IMG/VR virus record: IMGVR_UViG_3300044699_000169
Strand: one strand, 5' to 3'
From: an uncultured virus (IMG/VR IMGVR_UViG_3300044699_000169)
Lineage: Duplodnaviria; Heunggongvirae; Uroviricota; Caudoviricetes
DNA length: 20,000 bases
A model generated the notes under the pieces. That model did no database searches. It had not been told where the DNA came from and saw nothing but the letters and a program-made list of their open reading frames with translations. Shown here in pieces: positions 8,321 through 14,584 of the stretch (its first letter is position 1; each line of letters starts with the position of its first letter). The position numbers and the translations under genes were made by a program.

Positions 8321-8454
8321 ATCCTGCGGTGTTCAGACAAACCTCATTGGAGTCGATCTTCCGCGGGGCTTCCGGACGTGTTAAGCGCATCCTGCAGATA
8401 TGTTTTCCTGCAGGATCGCCCGGAGTCCCTCGAGGGATCGACTTCGAAATTTTC

Positions 8455-8529
8455 TGGGTGGCCTCCGGAGGATTTGCAACCCCATCCCCCGGGTAAAAGC
8501 CGGGTCATCTGCTGTTGATCTTCGGAGGC
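8455..8529 (-). tRNA. tRNA-Lys(TTT)
   Basis: Loop CT-TTT-AC; small indels near the 3' end. Confidence 0.8.
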
Positions 8530-8546
8530 GGATCGGGGAGATGTTT

Positions 8547-9315
8547 TTAAGCGGGAGATTTTCCGTCCGGGCAGCAGTAGACATCGCTCGGAGGGAGAGT
8601 TCCCGTGAGACGAATGCCGATAGAAGGGTCGCTGCCCCCTTGAGCGGTCCACCAAAGTTCACAACCGCAAACACAAAAGCTGGGCCGAATGGCGCTGGCA
8701 CAATGACGCCGCCAACAACGAGCGGGATCATGACCTGTCGATGTATAGAGTTGGAATCCCAAGCAGGGAAACGTTCAGCCCACCGTATGGCCCGCACCGT
8801 TTCCCTTTGGCGTCCAGGTGCCGTTGTAAACCGTTGTCCCGCCGATCTGAACGAACGCAGTGCCGTCGCCGCGCAATGGATTCCGGCGATTCCGTTTCCC
8901 GTCGAATCAATAGGTCCCATGCCGTACTGCATGTTCGGCGATACGATCAGCGGCCCTGGAACTTCCTTGAACGCACCTGTACTGAAATCCCAACGCCGGG
9001 GAACTCCGAGAGGCGGCTTGAAGATTACTGAGGCACCAGAATCCGGATCCATCAAGACGTTCTGGCCCAGTGAAGACTACGCTTCCGACTACTGTCGCCC
9101 ATCCGCAGTTTCCCGCCTCGTCACAGCCCTTAAAAACATTCGCTGAAGAGATTTGCCTCTCGGCAGGAAATCGCAGGAGCTGAACCGCGAGCGGATGAGC
9201 CTGACGGCCATAGCCCGCTCGCGGGACCTCCCAGAGGAGTGACCAGACGCCTTGGGACGCATCGTCCAGATATGGCACGAACGAAATTTACGGGGCAGTA
9301 CTTTCTTCCGGCCAT
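8547..9315 (-). CDS. Frameshifted ~255-aa protein: Cys-containing N-terminus plus beta-rich domain
   Basis: Hand-joined frames read MAGRKYCP...LFSECF/KGCDEAGNCGW.../LRGDGTAFVQIGGTTVYNGTWTP.../LNVSLLGIPTLYID/...DVYCCPDGKSPA*; ~6 single-base indels; TAGAGT 6 nt before ATG. Confidence 0.55.
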
Positions 9316-9356
9316 GAGACTACTCTACCCCTGCAGAAGAGAAGTTTCAAAGCATT

Positions 9357-9432
9357 TGGGTAGCCCGCGTCGGAGTCGCACCCGACATCCTCTGATCGAA
9401 AGGCAGAGATCCTACTGTTAGACGAGCGGGGC
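9357..9432 (-). tRNA. tRNA-Glu(TTC)
   Basis: Glu-type D-arm, TTC anticodon; homopolymer indels. Confidence 0.75.
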
Positions 9433-9440
9433 CATGATCG

Positions 9441-9640
9441 GTTCCACAAGGGGGTGGCCTGGTTCGCCATCTGACGATGGTTCGTCACCCTTGCTCCGGG
9501 CAGCGTGGACTATGTACACTGCCGTCCCGGGGGGCCGCTTATTCTGCCTCGACGACCTACCTCGCGATCTGCGCCCTTTCGGCGCGGCCGATAGATCGTT
9601 GGAATTCGATTCCCGCGCGGCAGGCCACCCTCTTGTGGGA
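9441..9640. ncRNA. Candidate ~200-nt structured RNA
   Basis: 20-bp closing stem TTCCACAAGGGGGTGGCCTG/CAGGCCACCCTCTTGTGGGA enclosing several hairpins; no convincing ORF. Confidence 0.55.
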
Positions 9641-9718
9641 AACGAAAGTAAGATCTCCTGGTGTTTTGGGATCTGGGTTGTAGCTAAAATTCTTCCTGAA
9701 GCTCGAAAGGAGAGCGGA

Positions 9719-10217
9719 ATGTTCCAGGAAGACCTTCTTGAGACAGCTCCCGTTTCAGGGATCCCCGTTCACGCGCACCCGCATGGGCCAGAATGGACCG
9801 CTCCCCGATGTGCCTGCCCCGGAACCCGCACCGATGCCGGAACCTGAACCCGCGCCGGAGCCCGCTCCAGAACCGGAGCCTCTCCCCCTTCCCCCTCCTC
9901 CTCCCCCAGCAGACTGCAAGCGCCTCGGAGTTCCCTTCAGAGAGAACGGATCGTGCCTCCAGCTCTTCGAATGCAAGCAGCCGGATGGAACGATCACCTA
10001 CAAGAAGGAGCCCGCAAGCTGCCCTCCTCGGCCTCGTCCTCCGATCTACTACTTTCCGTACATTCCCCCGATCTACTACTCGCCCTACCCTCCAGAATCT
10101 CGGGAAGCGGCTTTCGAATTCGATGCCGGAGAGAAGAAGACCACGATCGAAGAAGCTGCGCCATATGCTCTCGGCGCCGTCGGGATCGCGGCCGCGCTCT
10201 ACGCGATCTTCAGCTAA
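9719..10217 (+). CDS. Pro/Glu-rich protein with C-terminal membrane anchor and ...RMGQ leader
   Basis: ORF 9738..10217; AAGGAG SD at ATG 9719 implies a 1-nt insertion error (MSRKTFLRQLP...); TAAAAT -10 at ~9685. Confidence 0.75.
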
Positions 10218-10220
10218 ATC

Positions 10221-10294
10221 TGGCAGGCCGCCAGGGATTCGCACCCTGTCCGCCGGTTTGAAGGACCAGCATCCTACTCATAGACGAGCGGCCC
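10221..10294 (-). tRNA. tRNA-Glu(TTC)
   Basis: Loop CC-TTC-AA (C33), GCCA end. Confidence 0.82.
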
Positions 10295-10299
10295 AAGAT

Positions 10300-10373
10300 T
10301 GGTAGCCTCAGCGAGATTCGCACTCGCTCCTGCACCTTGAGAGGGTGCCGACCTACTCATAGTCGATGAGGCC
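10300..10373 (-). tRNA. tRNA-Glu(CTC)
   Basis: Loop CT-CTC-AA. Confidence 0.9.
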
Positions 10374-10374
10374 G

Positions 10375-10450
10375 TGGTACCCCCCGGCAGGAATTGCACC
10401 CGCACTTCCGAGGTAGAAGCTCGGCGCGCTATCTGTTACGCGACAGGGGC
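10375..10450 (-). tRNA. tRNA-Arg(TCT)
   Basis: Loop CT-TCT-AC. Confidence 0.88.
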
Positions 10451-10455
10451 AAGAT

Positions 10456-10541
10456 TGGCACCACGGGTAGGATTCGAACCTACATACTCTTTCGAGCGCC
10501 TCATTAACAGTGAGGTGGGCTACCGATTACCCGACCGTGGT
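10456..10541 (-). tRNA. tRNA-Asn(GTT) with long variable arm
   Basis: Loop CT-GTT-AA; V-arm GCTC-GAAA-GAGT. Confidence 0.88.
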
Positions 10542-10542
10542 A

Positions 10543-10618
10543 TGGAGCCGGTGGCGAGCTCTGCCCTCGCCGCCTCCGAGTTACGAACTCGGCGCTCTGC
10601 TGAATGAGCTACACCGGC
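10543..10618 (-). tRNA. tRNA-Thr(CGT)
   Basis: Loop TT-CGT-AA. Confidence 0.9.
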
Positions 10619-10628
10619 TTGAAGTTTT

Positions 10629-10703
10629 TGGAGCACCGTCCGGGGATCGAGCCCGGTCATGACCGCTTTGCAGGCGGCCGCGTTCCCATTTCGCCAACGG
10701 TGC
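10629..10703 (-). tRNA. tRNA-Cys(GCA)
   Basis: Loop CT-GCA-AA, U73. Confidence 0.9.
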
Positions 10704-10706
10704 AAG

Positions 10707-10782
10707 TGGTAGCGGGAGGGGGAGTTGAACCCGCCGTCTCGGAGTTATGAGCCCCGCGTGATGACCGTATCACTACCCCGCA
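10707..10782 (-). tRNA. tRNA-fMet(CAT)
   Basis: 1:72 mismatch, G-rich anticodon stem, loop CT-CAT-AA. Confidence 0.85.
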
Positions 10783-10859
10783 TCGGAGATCGCCGACCGG
10801 AAGCCGTCGTGCTGAGCACGCTATCCTGGCTCGATCGAACGACTGGTGACCTTCAATAT

Positions 10860-10950
10860 TGGCGGAAGGTGCGAGAGTCGAACTCGCCGCCCGTCTTAGG
10901 GGCCCGTGTTTAGCAAACACGTCTCGCTAACCGATATCGAGCTACCTTCC
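10860..10950 (-). tRNA. tRNA-Ser(GCT)
   Basis: Loop TT-GCT-AA, long V-arm, G73. Confidence 0.9.
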
Positions 10951-10951
10951 A

Positions 10952-11039
10952 TGGCGGAGGCGACAGGAGTCGAACCTGCACGGCCGGTTAAAGCCGGCTC
11001 GCTTCCAACGAGCTGGGCCTGCCAGTGCCCAACGCCTCC
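10952..11039 (-). tRNA. tRNA-Ser(GGA)
   Basis: Loop TT-GGA-AG, long V-arm. Confidence 0.9.
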
Positions 11040-11113
11040 ATGAGGCCGGACTTGATGGATCCAGCTCGAGGGCGAAATCACAGAGAAGCTCGCCCACCAT
11101 CTCTGATCAGTTT

Positions 11114-11201
11114 TGGCGGAGACGGCGTGACTTGCACACGCGCTCCCTTTCGGGGTCCACCGCTTTCAAGGCGGGGCGGCACGCTCACTGCCTTCGTCTC
11201 C
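11114..11201 (-). tRNA. tRNA-Ser(TGA)
   Basis: Loop CT-TGA-AA, long V-arm. Confidence 0.88.
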
Positions 11202-11204
11202 GTG

Positions 11205-11283
11205 TGGTAGAATTTTCACAGCCTTCGAAAGGCGTTTCCCTCTCCCGAGCCCAGGCACTTCGCCTGGGCTCGAATTTTTTTTT
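11205..11283 (+). ncRNA. Candidate antisense-oriented sRNA unit A (extended -10, ~60-nt RNA, terminator)
   Basis: TGgTAGAAT at 11205-11213; hairpin, CT-rich linker, CGAGCCCAGGC/GCCTGGGCTCG stem and T-run. Confidence 0.55.
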
Positions 11284-11376
11284 GGCGGAGAGCTGAGGTC
11301 TTGATCCCCATGCCCGGTTGTGCCGGGCACCATCCCGTTTCGAGCGGGCGGCGAGTTCTCACTCGCTTAACTCTCC
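11283..11376 (-). tRNA. tRNA-Ser(CGA)
   Basis: Loop CT-CGA-AA, long V-arm. Confidence 0.88.
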
Positions 11377-11377
11377 A

Positions 11378-11452
11378 TGGTACCAGCCGACGGATCTGCC
11401 CCGTCACTTTCGGCTTATGAAACCGACGTCATTCTCGTTAGACCAGGCTGGC
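11378..11452 (-). tRNA. tRNA-Met(CAT), probably elongator
   Basis: Loop TT-CAT-AA. Confidence 0.82.
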
Positions 11453-11458
11453 GGATCT

Positions 11459-11534
11459 TGGTAGAATTTCTCCTATACATACCGCCTTTGGGCCAGGGGA
11501 ATAGAGATCTCCATTCTCCTGGCCTTTGTTTTTT
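11459..11534 (+). ncRNA. Candidate antisense-oriented sRNA unit B
   Basis: TGgTAGAAT at 11459-11467; ~17-nt single strand, then GGCCAGGGGAAT/ATTCTCCTGGCC stem and T-run. Confidence 0.55.
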
Positions 11535-11535
11535 C

Positions 11536-11610
11536 TGGAGCTGGCGACCGGTCTTGCACCGGCATCTGTCCGCTTACAAAGCGGGGGCTCTGCTGTTGAG
11601 CTACGCCAGC
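11536..11610 (-). tRNA. tRNA-Thr(TGT)
   Basis: Loop TT-TGT-AA. Confidence 0.9.
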
Positions 11611-11613
11611 GTG

Positions 11614-11671
11614 TGATACAATCCGATCACTAGACCCGCCCAGGGCCCGGGGTTGTTCCCCGGGCTTTTTT
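11614..11671 (+). ncRNA. Candidate antisense-oriented sRNA unit C
   Basis: TGaTACAAT at 11614-11622; short leader, GCCCGGGG/CCCCGGGC stem and T6. Confidence 0.5.
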
Positions 11672-11676
11672 ATTTC

Positions 11677-11752
11677 TGGAGCCGGCGGCGGGTGCTGCCC
11701 CCGCACCTCGGCATTACCAATGCCGCATTCAGAGCTGCTAAACTACGCCGGC
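11677..11752 (-). tRNA. tRNA-Thr(GGT)
   Basis: Loop TT-GGT-AA. Confidence 0.88.
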
Positions 11753-11864
11753 GTGAACAACGGGAGCGGGGCCCGGGTCAGCCCCTCGCGAAGGCGCACA
11801 CCCTCGATCCTTGCCAGCCCGAGCCCCGCCACCAGAGTTAGGGGTCTGAGTGGTCCGGTCGATT

Positions 11865-12063
11865 TCAGTGTACACCGCCGATGAATCTGCTGAAGGCGTA
11901 AAGGACGAGCGCTGCGAGGACCGAGGATCCAGAGCCAGCATCCGAGCGGCATCCGCGACACCATCCCGCTTCCGTCGTAGGGCCTATCGGGAGGTTTCCT
12001 GGAGGTCTTCTCCTGGCGCTGCATTTCCGCAGCACGTCTCAGGATCTCTTCCTTGCGACTCAT
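11865..12063 (-). CDS. Small membrane protein (~65 aa; one apparent indel)
   Basis: MSRKEEIL...CWLWIL continues after a 1-nt shift as VLAALVLYAFSRFIGGVH*; TAAGAT 6 nt before ATG. Confidence 0.6.
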
Positions 12064-12081
12064 GGAAGCATCTTACAAGAT

Positions 12082-12155
12082 TGGTGGGCACGGCTGGAAT
12101 TGCACCAGCATCTCATCCATGTCACGGATGCATTCTGCTTTTGAAATACGCGCCC
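12082..12155 (-). tRNA. tRNA-Val(GAC)
   Basis: Loop GT-GAC-AT. Confidence 0.88.
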
Positions 12156-12158
12156 GAA

Positions 12159-12460
12159 CGAAGCGTTCGCTGACCTCGGTTTAGCCCCCACACTCGCCTG
12201 CTGGACGCTTTAGCCGGTACTTCAGAGCCCGCGCTCCCTTTATGGCGTCTCTCGCTTTCGCGGCAGGGCTGACACAAATCTTGGAAGCTCTTCACTTCCC
12301 CGGCCCGGCCATGATCATCTCCAAAAGGCATGTGGTCGAATAGCGGACCCGAAGGCCCTGCCACTCCTTCGTCCTCCGAGGCGGCTTGAGACATGGAGAC
12401 TTACGTGGGTCGTTTCGCGCCGTGATCGCGTCGACTTTCACCGACAGACCGAACGCTTCG
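12159..12460 (-). ncRNA. raiA motif RNA
   Basis: 11-bp P1 (CGAAGCGTTCG/CGAACGCTTCG); blocks GGTCTGTCGGTGAAAGTCGA, GAAACGACCCACGTAAG, CCTGCCGC-GAAA-GCGAGAG and TCCAGCAGGCGAGTGTGGGG...GGTCA match the raiA-motif consensus as I recall it (not searched). Confidence 0.85.
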
Positions 12461-12466
12461 AAGATC

Positions 12467-12543
12467 TGGTCGGGCTCCGCGGACTTGCACCGCGCTTACT
12501 CCTGCACCCCAAGCAGGCGGGTCGCTATCTACCCCTGAGCCCG
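12467..12543 (-). tRNA. tRNA-Pro(GGG)
   Basis: Loop TT-GGG-GT. Confidence 0.88.
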
Positions 12544-12753
12544 TTATGGATCAAGACTTCGGTGCATGGCGTCCTTCATGCGCTGACGATATTCGTCCCA
12601 ACGCTTGGTCTTCTTGGGGCACACGGCGCAGGCGATCGCTGCCTTGAGCGTGGAGCTCCAGACCCAGTGATGGATCCCGAAGACGCAAAGCAACCTGGAG
12701 AGCCAATTGAATTTCGAGCTCTCAACTCTCCAGGACGGATCGACATGAGGCAT
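12544..12753 (-). CDS. Small phage protein (69 aa; RLLC.FGIH.W...C..C, DUF1660-like)
   Basis: ORF track; TACAAT 7 nt before ATG 12753. Confidence 0.65.
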   Translation of the reverse strand: MPHVDPSWRVESSKFNWLSRLLCVFGIHHWVWSSTLKAAIACAVCPKKTKRWDEYRQRMKDAMHRSLDP

Positions 12754-12776
12754 CGTCCCCATTGTACATCGAATCT

Positions 12777-12850
12777 TGGAGGGACCAGTGGGAGTCGAAC
12801 CCACCCTGGCCGGGTCACAGCCGACCGTGCCGCCGCAACACTTTGGCCCC
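12777..12850 (-). tRNA. tRNA-His(GTG)
   Basis: Loop CT-GTG-AC; no encoded G-1, U73. Confidence 0.85.
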
Positions 12851-12858
12851 ATAAGATT

Positions 12859-12933
12859 TGGTCGGCGTGGATGGTTCCGCCCCATCTTCTTCCGGTTATC
12901 AACCGGATGCTCTAGCTACTGAGCTACACGCCG
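12859..12933 (-). tRNA. tRNA-Ile(GAT)
   Basis: Loop TT-GAT-AA. Confidence 0.9.
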
Positions 12934-12943
12934 ATGAAAATCT

Positions 12944-13017
12944 TGGACGGGGTGACCGGTAATGATCCGGCTTCTCCTCCTTGGCAAAGAGGCGCACTAC
13001 CTTTGTGCTACACCCCG
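12944..13017 (-). tRNA. tRNA-Gly(GCC)
   Basis: Loop TT-GCC-AA, U73. Confidence 0.88.
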
Positions 13018-13027
13018 AAAAATTTTC

Positions 13028-13106
13028 TGGTTGCCCGGGAAGGAATCGAACCTTCGTCCACCCGCTTCAAAGGCGGAGCTCCGATACCAACACAGAGTGC
13101 CGGGCA
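13028..13106 (-). tRNA. tRNA-Gln(TTG)
   Basis: Loop CT-TTG-AA, U1:A72. Confidence 0.88.
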
Positions 13107-13107
13107 A

Positions 13108-13200
13108 TGGTGGGAGCTGGAGGAGTTGAACCTCTCGTCCTTAACCGCCGCTCTTGTTTTGGGACAACGGTTTTACAGACCGCCGAGCGGACCAGCGCCC
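13108..13200 (-). tRNA. tRNA-Tyr(GTA), lacking a local D-arm
   Basis: Loop CT-GTA-AA, T-arm, ACCA; only ~10 nt between acceptor and anticodon stems. Confidence 0.75.
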
Positions 13201-13209
13201 AGGGAAATT

Positions 13210-13285
13210 TGGTGGATCCGGCGAGCTTTGCTCTCGCTACCTCCTGCTTGCAAAGCAGGCGCTCTCCTGATTGAGCTACGGACCC
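13210..13285 (-). tRNA. tRNA-Ala(TGC)
   Basis: Loop TT-TGC-AA, G3:U70. Confidence 0.92.
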
Positions 13286-13292
13286 GAAAGAT

Positions 13293-13367
13293 TGGTGGAC
13301 CCAGGCGGTTCCGCCCCGCCGTCTGCCGATTGCGAACCGGCCGCTCTCCTGATTGAGCTATGGGCCC
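13293..13367 (-). tRNA. tRNA-Ala(CGC)
   Basis: Loop TT-CGC-AA, G3:U70. Confidence 0.9.
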
Positions 13368-13443
13368 GTAGCAGAGGCAGGATTTGAACCTGCAAGCCCC
13401 AGGTTATGAGCCTGGTGAGGTCACCGGATGCCTCTCCTCTGCA
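13368..13443 (-). tRNA. tRNA-fMet-like(CAT), no full CCA encoded
   Basis: Loop CT-CAT-AA, U1:U72 mismatch. Confidence 0.8.
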
Positions 13444-13448
13444 AGATT

Positions 13449-13522
13449 TGGTGGATCCAGGGAGAATCGCACTCCCGCCTCGAGCGTGCCACGCTCGCGT
13501 CCTCCTGCTAGACGATGGACCC
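13449..13522 (-). tRNA. tRNA-Ala(GGC)
   Basis: Loop GT-GGC-AC, G3:U70. Confidence 0.9.
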
Positions 13523-13597
13523 TGGTGCCGGCCTCCGGTGCTGCCCCGGACGCCTCCCGCTTTTCAGACGGGCGCTCTACTGCTGAGCTAGACCGGC
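13523..13597 (-). tRNA. tRNA-Phe(GAA)
   Basis: Loop CT-GAA-AA. Confidence 0.9.
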
Positions 13598-13768
13598 GAG
13601 TAATTCTTCTGCCCGAAGCACGATCCCGAGCGCGTAGGCCCAACGTCTGAACCCTGGAATCTCGAGCTCGTATCTTTCGATGATCGTTTCCCCGGCCCTC
13701 CAGCCGTCTCTCCGGATCGTCCACCCATACTCGGTGAGCGCCTGGATCCGCTTCTCCCGATCGTCCAT
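13577..13768 (-). CDS. Small hypothetical protein (63 aa)
   Basis: GGAGGTG SD; stop lies inside tRNA-Phe. Confidence 0.65.
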   Translation of the reverse strand: MDDREKRIQALTEYGWTIRRDGWRAGETIIERYELEIPGFRRWAYALGIVLRAEELLAGLAQQ

Positions 13769-13857
13769 GCAGCACCTCCACAGGTATCGCGTCTGGATCG
13801 AGAGGGGTGTGACAAAGAATGAAAAATAGGCTAGAATCCCCCGGCAAGGGGGAACTT

Positions 13858-14179
13858 ATGAGCGAACTGCTGCAGGTCACGGACAAGAACTTCGACGAGG
13901 CGCTCAAGGCGCCGCTGGCGATCATTGAGTTCTGGGCGCCCTGGTGCCCGGGCTGCAAGGCCGCCAAGCCCACGATCGCCAAGATCGCCGGCGAGCTCCA
14001 AGGTCAGGTGCTCGTCGTCGGAGCCGACATCGACGAAGCGCCAAAAGCCACCGAGAGGCACGAGGTCACCTCGATCCCGACGCTCGTCTTCTTCAGGGAC
14101 GGCAAGGAGTTCTACCGCATCGACGGGACGACTCCTACCGGCGCCTCATGCCCGACATCAAGAGCCGATTCGGATCTGA
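13858..14179 (+). CDS. trxA: Thioredoxin (WCPGC); 3' end uncertain because of indels
   Basis: VTDKNFDE...EFWAPWCPGC...SIPTLVFFRDG motifs; TAGAAT -10 and GGGGG SD. Confidence 0.88.
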
Positions 14180-14183
14180 AGAT

Positions 14184-14259
14184 TGGTTCCCACGCCAGGA
14201 TTCGAACCTGGAATCTCCACGGTCAGAACGTGGCGTCCTACCGGTTAGACGACGTGGGA
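14184..14259 (-). tRNA. tRNA-Gln(CTG)
   Basis: Loop TT-CTG-AC. Confidence 0.92.
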
Positions 14260-14344
14260 GTAAAGGGCGACACGCACCAGCGAGCGCGCGTTCGACTTGT
14301 CGGTGCAGGCTCATCGCGCGGAGCCCGTTACATCGCCCGAAGCT

Positions 14345-14420
14345 TGGCGCCCCTGATGGGATTCGAACCCACGGTCTCCTCCGTGACAGGGAGGCGGGGA
14401 CTCCACTCCCCTACAGAGGC
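14345..14420 (-). tRNA. tRNA-Asp(GTC)
   Basis: Loop CT-GTC-AC, G73. Confidence 0.92.
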
Positions 14421-14431
14421 GTTTTCAATTT

Positions 14432-14505
14432 TGGCATGCCGGAGAGGAGTCGCACCTCTACCCGCTGACTTGGAAACAGCGATGCTGCTGCTACACCACC
14501 GGCAT
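14432..14505 (-). tRNA. tRNA-Trp(CCA)
   Basis: Loop TT-CCA-AG, G73. Confidence 0.85.
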
Positions 14506-14506
14506 G

Positions 14507-14581
14507 TGGAGCGGGCAGCGGGACTTGCACCCGCGATCTTCTCCTTGGGAAGGAGACGCGTTGCTTCTACGCTACGCCCGC
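14507..14581 (-). tRNA. tRNA-Gly(CCC)
   Basis: Loop TT-CCC-AA, U73. Confidence 0.92.
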
Positions 14582-14584
14582 ATG

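Noticed and set aside
8547..9140. DGR template repeat
   Set aside because: Too long, no AAY enrichment, and no matching variable repeat or reverse transcriptase in the window.
8530..9350. GOLLD/ROOL-type giant ncRNA (size and tRNA context fit)
   Set aside because: The sequence reads as a frameshifted protein gene with its own -10 box, and I recognise no GOLLD/ROOL blocks; a cmscan should still be run.
9817..9908. CCGGAR-like tandem repeats as CRISPR or VNTR
   Set aside because: They encode the PEPAP/poly-Pro linker; there is no repeat-spacer structure anywhere in the window.
10221..10294. Opal suppressor/Sec tRNA (TCA)
   Set aside because: The anticodon stem only pairs with loop CC-TTC-AA, giving Glu; TGA, TAG and TAA all serve as stops in this window.
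10783..11113. Two ~75-nt spacers (10783-10859, 11040-11113) as extra tRNAs or ribozymes
   Set aside because: Only weak stems; no cloverleaf, CCA or hammerhead core.
12159..12460. RNase P RNA, or CDS 12122..12394
   Set aside because: Lacks the GAGGAAAGUCC/P4 pairing; raiA-motif blocks explain the region better.
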